64,000 nt of DNA, taken from contig OZ219747.1 of assembly GCA_964291265.2 (NCBI GenBank), positions 2,368,001 through 2,432,000 on the forward strand, given 5' to 3'. How positions within the stretch are numbered: position 1 is the first letter of the stretch; each line of letters opens with the position of its first letter. The notes under the pieces are model-generated. The model was not told the DNA's origin. It ran no database searches and saw only the letters and a program-made list of their open reading frames with translations. Made by a program: the position numbers and the translations under genes. Source of the DNA: Alphaproteobacteria bacterium (lineage in GTDB: Bacteria; Pseudomonadota; Alphaproteobacteria; SP197). Positions 19,844-30,229 of the stretch are shown here, piece after piece.

Positions 19844-20170
19844 CAATATCTCCGACGCAAACCGCCCCGATGGCCAGCATGTAGAGTGCCCCTCCTACAA
19901 TGTCAAGCGCATATCTCCAGAGGATTGGAAAGGCAGCCAACCGCTGTGGATGATTGCATCATCACGGGGACAAAACCTGGTCATACAAGGCCGGAACGTG
20001 GAGCTGAAGCCGAAGATCGATCCGCTTCTTGTCAGTCGGAACACGCACATCCGATCATCGGCAGCGAGCAAGTGAAGGCGGCAAGAGAAAATGCCGGATC
20101 CGAACCCGTCAGGAAAAACGATCCGTCATCAGTAGGGGGTGAGTAGTTACGAAATTTCGAGCTTCCTGAT

Positions 20171-20212
20171 TTGACATCCCAAAGTTTCCCAAGTATTCCC
20201 AAGATATTCCAA
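20171..20212 (+). promoter_or_regulatory. dcw (mraZ) promoter with MraZ-box repeats
   Basis: TTGACA -35 at 20171 followed by TCCCA pentamers at 10-bp period (reverse complement of TGGGA-N5 MraZ sites). Confidence 0.7.
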
Positions 20213-20243
20213 ACGGTGAGGCGGCGAAAACGGTCGAGCGGGA

Positions 20244-20735
20244 ATGGCAGGGAGTCCAAGTGCGCCACCGAAAATCTTTGCGGGAACGCACATCAAGACA
20301 GTCGACGCCAAGGGACGGGTATCCGTGCCGCCGATCTTTCGCGCCTGCTTCGAGGATCCCGAACAGGGTCTCTACGTCATGATGTCCGTCTCGGGAGAAA
20401 TGGCCCTCGACGTCTTCGAGCCGGAGGAGTTCTCCGGCTTCATCTCCAATTCCGAACAGGTGTTTTCCAGCGAGGCGATGGACAGCGCCATCGCCATCTT
20501 CGGTGCGTCGCTCCACCTGCGGCTCGATCGGGAAGGACGGATCGTGCTTCCGGCGGAGTTCAAGGAGTTCGCCGCCATCGATGGCGAGGCATGTTTCATA
20601 GGCCTGGGGCGACACTTCCAGATCTGGGAACCCTCGAGAGGCCGGGCCAAGCAGGAAGAGGCGCGCCGGAACACCACCCTCAAGCGCGAGACCATCAGCC
20701 TGCCGCTGTCCGCCCCGGGAGGCAGGGCGTCATGA
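20244..20735 (+). CDS. mraZ: Transcriptional repressor MraZ
   Basis: Two DxxGR motifs (VDAKGRVSVP, LDREGRIVLP), FQIWEP; first gene of the dcw cluster. Confidence 0.9.
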   Translation: MAGSPSAPPKIFAGTHIKTVDAKGRVSVPPIFRACFEDPEQGLYVMMSVSGEMALDVFEPEEFSGFISNSEQVFSSEAMDSAIAIFGASLHLRLDREGRIVLPAEFKEFAAIDGEACFIGLGRHFQIWEPSRGRAKQEEARRNTTLKRETISLPLSAPGGRAS

Positions 20736-21682
20736 GCGCAGCCCACGTCCCGGTCCTTCTCGACACGGCGCTCGCCTGCCTGGATCCGGCCGACGGCGAG
20801 ATCATCGTCGATGCGACATTCGGCGCCGGTGGCTATGCGGCGGCCCTGCTTGACGCGGCGTCCTGTCGGGTGATCGCCCTCGACAGGGATCCCTTCGCCG
20901 TGCGCGAGGGCCGCAGGCTGGCGCGCCGCTATGACGGGCGGCTCACCGTCGTCGAGCGGCGCTTTTCCGAACTCGATGCCCTGGTCCGCGAAGAAGTCGC
21001 AGGACCCGTCGACGGCGCCGTCTTCGACCTCGGTGTCTCGTCGACGCAGATCGACGATGCCGGGCGCGGTTTTTCGTTCCGCCTCGATGGCCCCCTCGAC
21101 ATGCGCATGGGCGCCGCAGGGGCGACCGCCGCCGATGCGGTCAACGCCCTTGACGAGGACGGTCTCGCGCGGATTATCAGCGAGTTCGGAGAAGAGCGCC
21201 GGGCGCGGGCCGTGGCGCGTGCGATCGTCAGGGCGCGTGCCGAATCGCCGATCACGCGGACCGGCGAGCTCGCCGACATCGTGCGCCGCACCGTGCGTCG
21301 GTCCCCCGGGGGGATCGATCCCGCCACCCGGACGTTTCAGGGCCTGCGCATCTGGGTCAATCAGGAACTCCACGAGATCGAGCGGGGCCTCATGGCCGCC
21401 GAGGCCGTCCTGCGGGAAGGCGGGCGCCTCGTGGTCGTCGCCTTCCACTCCCTCGAGGACCGGATCGTCAAGCGGTTCCTGCGACAGCGCAGTGGTCGGG
21501 ACGCTCGGCCGGAACGCCATCGGCCCCCGGCCGGCGAGACCCCGGAGCCGACATTCCGTCTCGTGACGACGCGCGCGGTACGTCCCGCTGCCGCCGAGAC
21601 CCGGGCCAATCCGCGGGCCCGTTCAGCCCGTCTGCGCCATGCCGTGAGGACGTCCGCGCCATGTTGGGGGACGGCCGCATGA
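20732..21682 (+). CDS. rsmH: 16S rRNA m4C1402 methyltransferase
   Basis: HVPVLL, DATFGAGGY, DLGVSS, PLDMRM, FHSLEDRIVK, NPRARSARLR. Confidence 0.96.
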   Translation: MSAAHVPVLLDTALACLDPADGEIIVDATFGAGGYAAALLDAASCRVIALDRDPFAVREGRRLARRYDGRLTVVERRFSELDALVREEVAGPVDGAVFDLGVSSTQIDDAGRGFSFRLDGPLDMRMGAAGATAADAVNALDEDGLARIISEFGEERRARAVARAIVRARAESPITRTGELADIVRRTVRRSPGGIDPATRTFQGLRIWVNQELHEIERGLMAAEAVLREGGRLVVVAFHSLEDRIVKRFLRQRSGRDARPERHRPPAGETPEPTFRLVTTRAVRPAAAETRANPRARSARLRHAVRTSAPCWGTAA

Positions 21683-22017
21683 CCGCGCGTGGAGGATGGC
21701 TGTGGATGATCGGGGCGCTTGTTGCCGCGCTCGCTGTCTTTTCCCAGCACCACCATGCCAGGGAACTGAGAACCGAACTGGAAAGGCTCGAGGACGACCT
21801 CGCCGAACGGCGCGAGAAAGTCAGGGTGCTCGAAGCCGAGTGGAGCTATCTCAGCCGCCCCGAGCGCATCAAGGATCTTGCGGGCCGCCATCTGGAGGAG
21901 CTTGTGCCGGTGACGGTCCGCCAGCTTTCCCGGGTGTCAGGCATCCCCCTGGCGCCGCCCCCGATCGGCATCGGAACCGTGTGGAACCAGTCAGGCGCCG
22001 GGGAGGAGGGATTGTGA
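21679..22017 (+). CDS. ftsL: Cell division protein FtsL
   Basis: TM segment + coiled coil + LEAEWSYLSRPERI; position in the cluster. Confidence 0.85.
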   Translation: MTARGGWLWMIGALVAALAVFSQHHHARELRTELERLEDDLAERREKVRVLEAEWSYLSRPERIKDLAGRHLEELVPVTVRQLSRVSGIPLAPPPIGIGTVWNQSGAGEEGL

Positions 22018-23711
22018 CCGGACAGGCGAAGCAGGGGGCGCCCCTGGTCCTGGAAGGCGCCGGCAAGCAGGCCGTGGGACTGTGCAAGCAACGCCTGATG
22101 GTGGTGGCGATGTGCATCCTGACCGCTTTCGTCGTGATCGGAGGGCGTCTCGTCGACGTGATGAGCGTGACGCCGGTCAAGGCCGGCATGGCGGCGGAGG
22201 CCACGACTCCCAAGGGGCGGGCCAACATCGTTGACCGCAATGGTGTCCTGCTGGCCTCCAGCCTGTCCGTCGCGTCGCTCTATGTCGATCCGGCAGGGGT
22301 CACGGACCCGCAGGCGACGGCGGCAGCGCTTCTCGAGGTCTTTCCGGACATGGACCGCGACCATCTCCTCGAGTTGCTGACCAGCACCAGGCGGTTTGAA
22401 TGGATCCGCCGCAAGCTCGAGCCGAGCGTTCAGCAGGCGGTGCGCGATCTCTACCAGCCGGGTCTCGGTTTCGCCGTCGAGGAACGGCGCATCTGGCCCC
22501 AGGGCCCGCTGACATCCCACGTCGTCGGCTACACGGACATCGACGGCCGCGGCCTGGCGGGAATCGAACAATCGTTCGATGAGCAGCTGCTCGCCGACAA
22601 CCAAGGCGACGTCGCGCTCTCCCTCGATGTTCGCGTCCAGCAGATCGTGCGCGACGAGCTCGCGCGTACCGTCGAGACCTTCTCGGCCAAGGGCGGAGCC
22701 GCTCTGGTCATGGACGTGCACAGCGCCGAGATTCTCGCCATGGTGTCCCTGCCGGACTTCGATCCGGCCGATCCGGCGGTCAGCGACCTCGGGAGCCGGT
22801 TCAACCGGGCGACCCTGGGCGCCTACGAACTGGGCTCCATCTTCAAGACCTTCACGGCCGCCATGGCCTACGAATCAGGCGTCGCCAGGCTCGGCGATGC
22901 GTTCGATGCAACGGAGCCGCTCACTGCCGGTCGTTTCACGATCACGGACTACAAGCCGCAGAGCCGCTGGCTGACCATGCCCGAGATCATGGTGCACTCG
23001 TCCAACATCGGCGCGGCACGCATGGCGCTGGCCGTGGGGAGCGACTACCAGAAGGCGTTTCTCGAGCGCATAGGCCTGCTCTCCCGGTCCGCCATCGAAC
23101 TGCCCGAGGTGACGCGTCCGCTCTATCCCTCGACGTGGGGTACGCTCAGCACCATCACCATCGGTTTCGGCCACGGCATTGCCGTATCGCCGGTGCAGCT
23201 TGCCGCGGCCGTGGCTGCCATGGTCAACGGCGGCCTGTTCCGTCAGCCGACCCTGCTGAAACCGCAGGGTGACCCGGATCCGGGCCATCGGGTGATTGCC
23301 CGGAAGACATCGGAAACGATGCGCATGCTGACCCATCTCGTGGCGCGTTTCGGAAGTGGCCGCAAGGCCCAGGTCGACGGCTATCTCATCGGCGGCAAGA
23401 CGGGTACCGCCGAACAACCGGGCGAGTCGCGCCGCTACGACAGGAGAAAGCTGATCTCGACCTTCGTCGCCGCCTTCCCGATCAACGATCCGCAGTACGT
23501 GGTTCTCCTCTCGGTCGATGAACCGAAGGGAACCGAGGAGACCTTCGGCTACGCCACGGCCGGCTGGACCGCCGCTCCCGCTGTCGGGAACATCATCGCC
23601 CGCCTCGGTCCGATGCAGGGGATCCTTCCGGATGACGGGGTCTTTGTCGGCCTGCCGGAGACGGAAGGCGATGCGAAAGAGCAGCTGGAGATGATCCTTG
23701 CGTCTTTCTGA
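22014..23711 (+). CDS. ftsI: Penicillin-binding protein 3
   Basis: RANIVDRNG, SxxK (GSIFK), SxN (SSNIG), KTG. Confidence 0.95.
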   Translation: MTGQAKQGAPLVLEGAGKQAVGLCKQRLMVVAMCILTAFVVIGGRLVDVMSVTPVKAGMAAEATTPKGRANIVDRNGVLLASSLSVASLYVDPAGVTDPQATAAALLEVFPDMDRDHLLELLTSTRRFEWIRRKLEPSVQQAVRDLYQPGLGFAVEERRIWPQGPLTSHVVGYTDIDGRGLAGIEQSFDEQLLADNQGDVALSLDVRVQQIVRDELARTVETFSAKGGAALVMDVHSAEILAMVSLPDFDPADPAVSDLGSRFNRATLGAYELGSIFKTFTAAMAYESGVARLGDAFDATEPLTAGRFTITDYKPQSRWLTMPEIMVHSSNIGAARMALAVGSDYQKAFLERIGLLSRSAIELPEVTRPLYPSTWGTLSTITIGFGHGIAVSPVQLAAAVAAMVNGGLFRQPTLLKPQGDPDPGHRVIARKTSETMRMLTHLVARFGSGRKAQVDGYLIGGKTGTAEQPGESRRYDRRKLISTFVAAFPINDPQYVVLLSVDEPKGTEETFGYATAGWTAAPAVGNIIARLGPMQGILPDDGVFVGLPETEGDAKEQLEMILASF

Positions 23712-25158
23712 GCTCATCGACGGCCTGCCGGCGCAGCATCGCTGCGGGATGTCCGACGTCGACATCACCGGCCTTGCGGCCGATTCAAGGCAGATCCGGG
23801 AAGGCCATCTCTTCGCCGCCTTCAGGGGTAGCCGGACCGATGGCCGGTGTTTCGTGGACGACGCCCTCGATCGCGGCGCGGCCGCGGTCCTCCTCGGGAA
23901 CGACGGCGGGATGCCGGCACTCGCGGAAAGGGCGGCCGTCGTGGCAGCCGCCTGCCCGCGCCACGTCTTCGCCCGCATGTGCGCCCGCTTCCACGCCCCG
24001 CCACCTGGTATCGTCGTGGCGGTGACAGGCACCAACGGCAAGAGTTCGGTGGTTGATTTCTGCCGCCAGTTCTGGTCCGCCATGGGTATCCGGGCCGCCT
24101 CCTTCGGCACGCTCGGCGTGATCACGCCTGAAGGCGTCCAGGGTCTGGGATACACCACGCCCGATCCGGCCGGCCTGCATGCCTGTCTTGCTCGCCTGCA
24201 CGCCCGCAACATTGGCCGGGTCGCACTCGAGGCGTCGAGCCACGGCCTCCACCAGCGCCGCCTCGATGGTCTTCATGTCGATGCCGCGGCCCTTGTCAGC
24301 TTCAGCCGGGACCATCTCGACTATCACGTCACCGCCGAATCCTATCTCGAGGCAAAGCTGCACCTCTTCGACCTGATGCGGCAGGGCGGCACGGCCGTTC
24401 TCAATGCCGACATGGCCGAACACCGAGCCGTGGCCGACCGCCTCGGGAACCGGACCAGCGTGTCGTTCGGCGAGACGCAGAGCGACATCACTCTCGAGGG
24501 ACTTGCGGAGGCCGGGGACGGCCATCAGGTCCTCGAGGTCAGGGCGGACGGCATCACCCGCCCGGTGATGCTGCCGCTTGCCGGGCGTTTCCAGGCCATG
24601 AATGCCCTGTGTGCCGCGGCCCTCGTCGCCGCGGTCGAGGATCAACCCGTGCACGACGTCCTTGCCCTCTCCGGTCACCTCAAGTGTGTGCCGGGGCGCC
24701 TCGAAAGGGTTCCCGGTCACCCCGCCGGCGCCAGGGTCTACGTCGACTACGCCCATACGCCCGATGCCCTCGCGACGGTGCTCACCGGCCTGCGTGAGAC
24801 GACCGAGGGGCGTCTCGCCGTGGTCTTCGGTTGCGGCGGTGACCGGGACCGTGAAAAGCGGCCGCAGATGGGGGCCATCGCCGCGCGTCTCGCCGATGAC
24901 GTCTGCGTGACTGACGACAATCCGCGAACCGAGGATGCGGCATTGATCAGGCGCGCCATTCTCGCGGCGGCGCCGGGAGCGCGCGAAAGCGGTGACCGCC
25001 GCGAGGCGATCCGCAGCGCCGTGGCGTCGCTGGGCGACAACGATGTGCTGGTGGTGGCCGGCAAGGGACATGAAGGGGGGCAGGTGGTGAACGGCGATGT
25101 GCTTCCCTTCGACGACCGCGAGGAGGTGCGGCGCGCCTTCGGGCGAGGTGGATCATGA
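23698..25158 (+). CDS. murE: UDP-MurNAc-tripeptide synthetase
   Basis: [32 protein letters not shown]. Confidence 0.96.
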   Translation: MRLSELIDGLPAQHRCGMSDVDITGLAADSRQIREGHLFAAFRGSRTDGRCFVDDALDRGAAAVLLGNDGGMPALAERAAVVAAACPRHVFARMCARFHAPPPGIVVAVTGTNGKSSVVDFCRQFWSAMGIRAASFGTLGVITPEGVQGLGYTTPDPAGLHACLARLHARNIGRVALEASSHGLHQRRLDGLHVDAAALVSFSRDHLDYHVTAESYLEAKLHLFDLMRQGGTAVLNADMAEHRAVADRLGNRTSVSFGETQSDITLEGLAEAGDGHQVLEVRADGITRPVMLPLAGRFQAMNALCAAALVAAVEDQPVHDVLALSGHLKCVPGRLERVPGHPAGARVYVDYAHTPDALATVLTGLRETTEGRLAVVFGCGGDRDREKRPQMGAIAARLADDVCVTDDNPRTEDAALIRRAILAAAPGARESGDRREAIRSAVASLGDNDVLVVAGKGHEGGQVVNGDVLPFDDREEVRRAFGRGGS

Positions 25159-26549
25159 ACGGCGACGGACTGTGGAACGACAGGAGCGCCTCGCGGGCTA
25201 CCGGAGGGCGGACCACCATGCCTTTCGATGCTGAGGGCGTCGCCTTTGACAGCCGCGAGGTGTGCCAGAGCGATCTCTTCGTGGCGCTTTCAGGGAGTGT
25301 CACGGACGGCCACCGTCATGTCGGGCACGCCTTCCGGAACGGCGCGGCGGCGGCCATGGTCAATCACCGGCCCGCAGGCGTTCCCGCCGCATCGCCGCTG
25401 CTGCTCGTCGTCGACACGTTCCAGGGCCTGGAAGACCTGGCCAGGGAGGCGCGGCAACGGACGTCCGCGCGGGTCGCGGCGGTGACGGGCAGCGTCGGCA
25501 AGACGGGAACCAAGGACATGCTGCATCGGGTGCTGGCGCACCAGGGTCTCGCCCACGCGAGTGACCGCAGCTACAACAATCAGGTCGGAACACCTTTGTC
25601 CCTGGCGCGCATGCCGCGGGCGACCGACTATGGCGTCTTCGAGATCGGCACCAATGCACCGGGAGAGATCGGGCCCCTTGCCCGTCTGGTTCGCCCCCAT
25701 GTGGCGCTTGTGACCACCATCGAACCTGTGCACATCGGACATTTCGCCAACGAGGACGCCCTTGTCGAGGAGAAGGCCGCGGTCTTCGACGGTCTCGAAG
25801 AGGGGGGCGTGGCGATCATCAATGCCGACAACCGCCATGCGGCGGCCCTCGAGGACCACGCGGCGCGGCGCGGGGTGACGACGGTCCGCTTCGGCGCCGC
25901 GCCGAGGGCCGATTTCCGGCTCGTGCACTGGACTCCCGTGGCGACCGGATCGCGGGTGCGCGTGGCGGCGGCGGCAGGCGAGCTCGACTACGATCTCTCG
26001 CTTCACGGACGCCACCTGGCGCTCAACAGCGTTGCCGTGCTGGCAGCCGTGGACGCGCTGGGCGGCGACCTGCGCGAGGCAGCGGCGTCCCTTGCCGCCA
26101 TTCTCCCCCTGTCCGGACGTGGCCTGCGGCGAACCGTCGCACTGCCCGGTGGGCGCGCCGTCGTCATTGACGAGACCTACAACGCCAGCCCGGTGTCCGT
26201 GCGTGCCGCTCTCGACGTTCTGGCGCACACGCCGACGGATCCGGGAGGACGGCGCATTGCGGTTCTCGGCGACATGGCAGAACTCGGCGACGATGCCGCC
26301 TGCCTCCACGCCGGCCTTGCCGAGTCGGCCGGAGCGGTCGCGGACCAGGTCTTCACCATCGGTCCCCTCATGGATCATCTCATGGACGCCCTGCCGCTCG
26401 AATGCCGCGGCGGGTCGACCGGCGATTCGCACACCATGGCCATGCTCCTCGCCGACTGCCTGCGGCCGGGCGACGTGGTGCTCGTCAAGGGATCACGGCG
26501 CATGGGTCTGGAATCCGTGATCGAGGCGATCGCGGGGAAGGGAGGCTAG
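25155..26549 (+). CDS. murF: UDP-MurNAc-pentapeptide synthetase
   Basis: [39 protein letters not shown]. Confidence 0.96.
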   Translation: MNGDGLWNDRSASRATGGRTTMPFDAEGVAFDSREVCQSDLFVALSGSVTDGHRHVGHAFRNGAAAAMVNHRPAGVPAASPLLLVVDTFQGLEDLAREARQRTSARVAAVTGSVGKTGTKDMLHRVLAHQGLAHASDRSYNNQVGTPLSLARMPRATDYGVFEIGTNAPGEIGPLARLVRPHVALVTTIEPVHIGHFANEDALVEEKAAVFDGLEEGGVAIINADNRHAAALEDHAARRGVTTVRFGAAPRADFRLVHWTPVATGSRVRVAAAAGELDYDLSLHGRHLALNSVAVLAAVDALGGDLREAAASLAAILPLSGRGLRRTVALPGGRAVVIDETYNASPVSVRAALDVLAHTPTDPGGRRIAVLGDMAELGDDAACLHAGLAESAGAVADQVFTIGPLMDHLMDALPLECRGGSTGDSHTMAMLLADCLRPGDVVLVKGSRRMGLESVIEAIAGKGG

Positions 26550-26553
26550 ATCG

Positions 26554-27642
26554 GTGTTCCATGGCCTCTACCCCCTCGTTTCGGACGACATCGGTGCCCT
26601 GCGCCTGTTCTCCTTCATCACCTTCCGTACCGGCGGCGCCATCATGACCGCGCTGATCATCTGCCTGCTGTTCGGGGACCGCATCATCGCCTGGCTGAAG
26701 ACCTTCCAGGTCAAGGGGCAGCCGATCAGGGATGACGGACCGGCGCACCACATGGTCACCAAGGCGGGCACACCGACCATGGGAGGTGTCCTCATCCTGC
26801 TCTCGGTCACCGTATCGACACTGCTGTGGGCGGATCTTTCCAACGGCTTCGTGTGGATCGTGCTGCTCGTGGCGCTGGGATTCGGGGCCCTGGGCCTGGT
26901 GGACGACTATCGCAAGGTCTCGACACACAGCAGCAAGGGTCTTGCCGGGCGAACCCGCATCGTCGCCGAAGCGATGGCGGCAGTTGCTGCCGCCATCGCG
27001 ATCGCCTGGCTGACCGACGGAACCCTCGGCACGTCGCTGGCGCTGCCCTTCTTCAAGGACCTGCTGATCGACCTCGGATGGTTCTACGTCGTCTTCGCCG
27101 CCTTCGTGATCGTCGGCACCTCCAATGCCGTCAATCTCACCGACGGCCTCGATGGTCTCGCGATCGGACCGATCATCGTCGCGGCCATGACCTTCGGAAT
27201 CGTCGCCTATCTCTCCGGTCACGCAGTCTATTCCGGGTACCTGCAGCTTCCCGGGGTCCCGGGCTCGGGCGAACTGGCGGTGCTGTGCGGCGCCCTGATG
27301 GGAGCCGGGCTCGGGTTCCTGTGGTTCAATGCGCCACCGGCCATGATCTTCATGGGTGACACCGGCAGCCTGGCAACGGGAGCGGCGCTCGGCACCATCG
27401 CCGTCATCACCAAGCACGAACTGGTGCTCGCCGTGGTGGGCGGAATCTTCGTGCTCGAAACGGTGTCGGTGATTCTTCAGGTGGCGTCGTTCCGGCTGAC
27501 CGGGCGTCGCATTTTCGCCATGGCCCCCATCCACCATCACTTCGAACGCAAGGGCTGGAGCGAGGCGACGATCGTCATCCGATTCTGGATCATCGCCGCG
27601 GTGCTGGCGTTGATCGGCCTGGCCACCCTCAAGCTGCGATGA
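26554..27642 (+). CDS. mraY: Phospho-MurNAc-pentapeptide transferase
   Basis: [35 protein letters not shown]. Confidence 0.97.
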   Translation: MFHGLYPLVSDDIGALRLFSFITFRTGGAIMTALIICLLFGDRIIAWLKTFQVKGQPIRDDGPAHHMVTKAGTPTMGGVLILLSVTVSTLLWADLSNGFVWIVLLVALGFGALGLVDDYRKVSTHSSKGLAGRTRIVAEAMAAVAAAIAIAWLTDGTLGTSLALPFFKDLLIDLGWFYVVFAAFVIVGTSNAVNLTDGLDGLAIGPIIVAAMTFGIVAYLSGHAVYSGYLQLPGVPGSGELAVLCGALMGAGLGFLWFNAPPAMIFMGDTGSLATGAALGTIAVITKHELVLAVVGGIFVLETVSVILQVASFRLTGRRIFAMAPIHHHFERKGWSEATIVIRFWIIAAVLALIGLATLKLR

Positions 27643-29111
27643 ACGCCATGATTGATCTCTCTCGTCATGCCGGCAAGTCGATTGCAGTCTTCGGACTGGG
27701 AAAATCGGGCATCTCGGCTGCCCTGGCCCTTCAGAACGGCGGAGCCGAGGTCAGTGCGTGGGACGATGATCCGCTGCGCCGCGCCATGGCGGAAGACCTC
27801 GGCGTCACGCTCAACGATCTCTATCGCACCGAATGGGACGCCTTCACCAGTCTCGTGCTGTCTCCAGGCGTTCCACTGACCCATCCGGCTCCGCACCCCC
27901 TGGTGGCGCGGGCACTGATCACGAGGATTGAGATCGTCGGAGACATGGAGCTCTTCGCCAGGTCGCGGCCACCCGGCCGGGTGGTCGGAGTGACCGGCAC
28001 CAACGGCAAGTCGACGACATCGGCGCTCGTCACGCATCTGTTGAAGGCCGCTGGCCGGGAGGTTCAGCTGGGCGGCAACATCGGCGTCCCGGTGCTTGAT
28101 CTGGAAGCGGGAAGTGATGACGGGATCTACGTTCTCGAACTGTCATCCTTCCAGCTCGACCTCATCCGTTCCCTCATCAGCGATGTCGCCGTGTTGCTCA
28201 ACATCGCACCCGACCACATCGAACGCCACGGTGATTTCCCGAACTACATCGCCTCCAAGACGCGCATCTTCACCCGGCGCGCCTCGTCGCAGACGGCCGT
28301 CATCGGTGTCGACGACGACATTTGCCGGCGCATTCACTCCGAACTTGCCGGACGCCGCGGACGCACCGTCGTTCCGGTGTCGGCGCAGCGCGCCGCAAGG
28401 CGGGGTGTGTGGATTCACGAGGGCGTTCTCATCGACGACCTCAGGGGCCGGGCGGTCGAGATCGCGGACCTTGGCTCCCTGCCGTCGTTGCGGGGCGTCC
28501 ACAACATGCAGAACGCGGCAGCCGCCTATGCCGTGATCCGCACCCTCGGGGTCGATGGCAGGGACGTCGCCGATGCCTTTGCGACCTTCTCCGGACTGGC
28601 CCATCGCCAGGAGGTTGTTGCCGAAATCAACCGCGTGACCTTCGTCAACGACAGCAAGGCCACGAACGCCGAGTCAGCAGCCCGCGGACTGGCCTGTTTC
28701 GACAACATCTACTGGATCGCCGGCGGCCGCGCCAAGGACGGCGGCATCGCGACCCTGTCGGCCCACTTCCCGAGGATGGTCCATGCCTTCCTCATCGGCG
28801 AGGCGGCCGGCGCACTGGCGCAGACTCTCGACGGGCAGGTGCCCTTCACCAATTGCGGTGATCTGGAGAGCGCGGTTGCCAGGGCGACGGAGATGGCGCT
28901 CTCCGACCGGATGTCCAGGGCGGTTGTCCTGTTGTCGCCGGCCTGCGCCTCGTTCGATCAGTTCTCCAGCTTCGAGGAAAGAGGGGACCGGTTTCGCGAG
29001 CTTGTCCTCGCCGAGGCGAAGGGCCGCGCCGACATGCCGGTCACGGCCGCCAGGGCCGCCAGGGCGCCGGTGCGCAAGACGCGCTCGACAACCGGCAGGG
29101 GCGCCTCATGA
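27639..29111 (+). CDS. murD: UDP-MurNAc-L-Ala:D-Glu ligase
   Basis: [40 protein letters not shown]. Confidence 0.97.
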   Translation: MNAMIDLSRHAGKSIAVFGLGKSGISAALALQNGGAEVSAWDDDPLRRAMAEDLGVTLNDLYRTEWDAFTSLVLSPGVPLTHPAPHPLVARALITRIEIVGDMELFARSRPPGRVVGVTGTNGKSTTSALVTHLLKAAGREVQLGGNIGVPVLDLEAGSDDGIYVLELSSFQLDLIRSLISDVAVLLNIAPDHIERHGDFPNYIASKTRIFTRRASSQTAVIGVDDDICRRIHSELAGRRGRTVVPVSAQRAARRGVWIHEGVLIDDLRGRAVEIADLGSLPSLRGVHNMQNAAAAYAVIRTLGVDGRDVADAFATFSGLAHRQEVVAEINRVTFVNDSKATNAESAARGLACFDNIYWIAGGRAKDGGIATLSAHFPRMVHAFLIGEAAGALAQTLDGQVPFTNCGDLESAVARATEMALSDRMSRAVVLLSPACASFDQFSSFEERGDRFRELVLAEAKGRADMPVTAARAARAPVRKTRSTTGRGAS

Positions 29112-30229
29112 CCACCTTCGATCGCACTGACAGAAGCATGGTGGCCCGCTGGTGGTGGACCATCGATCGCTGGAACATGTCGGCCCTGTTCATCCTCATG
29201 GCCTTCGGAGCGATCCTGATTCTTGCCGCCAGTCCGCCGGTGGCCGAACGCATCGGTGTCGATGCCTTCCACTTTGCCGAGCGGCAGTTCCTGTTCCTGG
29301 TTCCGGCTGTGGCCTTCCTGGTGAGCCTGTCCCTGCTCGATCCCGTTCACGTCCGGCGGGCCGGTCTGGCCCTCATGATCGTCTCCCTCGTCCTGCTGGT
29401 CGTGACCCTGCTGGTCGCGGCCAGGACCAAGGGCGCACAACGCTGGATCCCGCTCGGCGTCTTTTCGCTCCAGGCGTCCGAGTTTGCCAAGCCGGCCCTT
29501 GCCATCACCACCGCATGGCTGCTGGCCGCGGGCCGGAATGTCCCCGGATTTCCGGGAATCCGGCTCTCGTGCGCCCTGACGGCGATCGTTGCCGTCCTGC
29601 TGGTCCTGCAGCCCGACTTCGGCACCACGTTCATCGTGCTGGCCGTCTGGGGCAGCCAGCTCTTCCTTGGCGGCCTGCCCTTCCTGGTGGTGGCCGCCGT
29701 CGCCGTGGCGGCGGTTCTCGGACTCTTCATCGGCTATCAGCAGTTCGACTACGTCAGGGACCGTATCAACGGCTTCTTCAATCCGGAATCCGTGGACACC
29801 TACCAGATCGAGATGTCGCTCCGGTCCTTCCGGTCCGGCGGCCTCAAGGGCCGCGGTCCGGGCGAGGGTGTCATCAAGGACCATCTGCCGGATGCCCACT
29901 CCGACTTCATCTTTGCCGTCGGCGGCGAGGAGTTCGGACTCATGGCCTGCCTGGTGCTGGTGTCGCTCTACGCCTTCGTCGCACTGCGCGGATTCATGCG
30001 CCTGCGTCACGAGAGGAATCTCTTCGTGCTCCTCGCCGTGTCCGGCCTCGTCATCCAGTTCGCCTTGCAGGCAGTGGTCAACATGGGGGTTTCCCTGAGG
30101 CTGCTGCCGACCACCGGAATGACCCTGCCCTTCGTGTCCTATGGTGGCTCCTCGCTGATCGCCATGGCCATCGGCATGGGCCTGATGCTCGCTTTGACGC
30201 GTCAGCGCCCGAACCGGGGGCGATCATGA
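29108..30229 (+). CDS. ftsW: SEDS peptidoglycan polymerase
   Basis: GAQRWI, QASEFAK, LQPDFG, LPDAHSDFIF, GMTLPFVSYGGSS. Confidence 0.96.
   Translation: MTTFDRTDRSMVARWWWTIDRWNMSALFILMAFGAILILAASPPVAERIGVDAFHFAERQFLFLVPAVAFLVSLSLLDPVHVRRAGLALMIVSLVLLVVTLLVAARTKGAQRWIPLGVFSLQASEFAKPALAITTAWLLAAGRNVPGFPGIRLSCALTAIVAVLLVLQPDFGTTFIVLAVWGSQLFLGGLPFLVVAAVAVAAVLGLFIGYQQFDYVRDRINGFFNPESVDTYQIEMSLRSFRSGGLKGRGPGEGVIKDHLPDAHSDFIFAVGGEEFGLMACLVLVSLYAFVALRGFMRLRHERNLFVLLAVSGLVIQFALQAVVNMGVSLRLLPTTGMTLPFVSYGGSSLIAMAIGMGLMLALTRQRPNRGRS

Larger units (their letters stand above)
17695..20150 (-). mobile_element. IS66-family element (single-transposase type) carrying a DNA methyltransferase gene, 2456 bp
   Basis: Terminal IRs GTAACTACTCACCCC at 17695 and (reverse complement) ending at 20150; flanking 8-bp direct repeat GAAATTTC at 17687-17694 and 20151-20158. 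Confidence 0.93.

Noticed and set aside
20177-20212. 10-bp periodic repeats as a CRISPR or microsatellite
   Set aside because: Too short, with no spacers; explained as MraZ boxes. No CRISPR array or cas gene was seen anywhere in the window.
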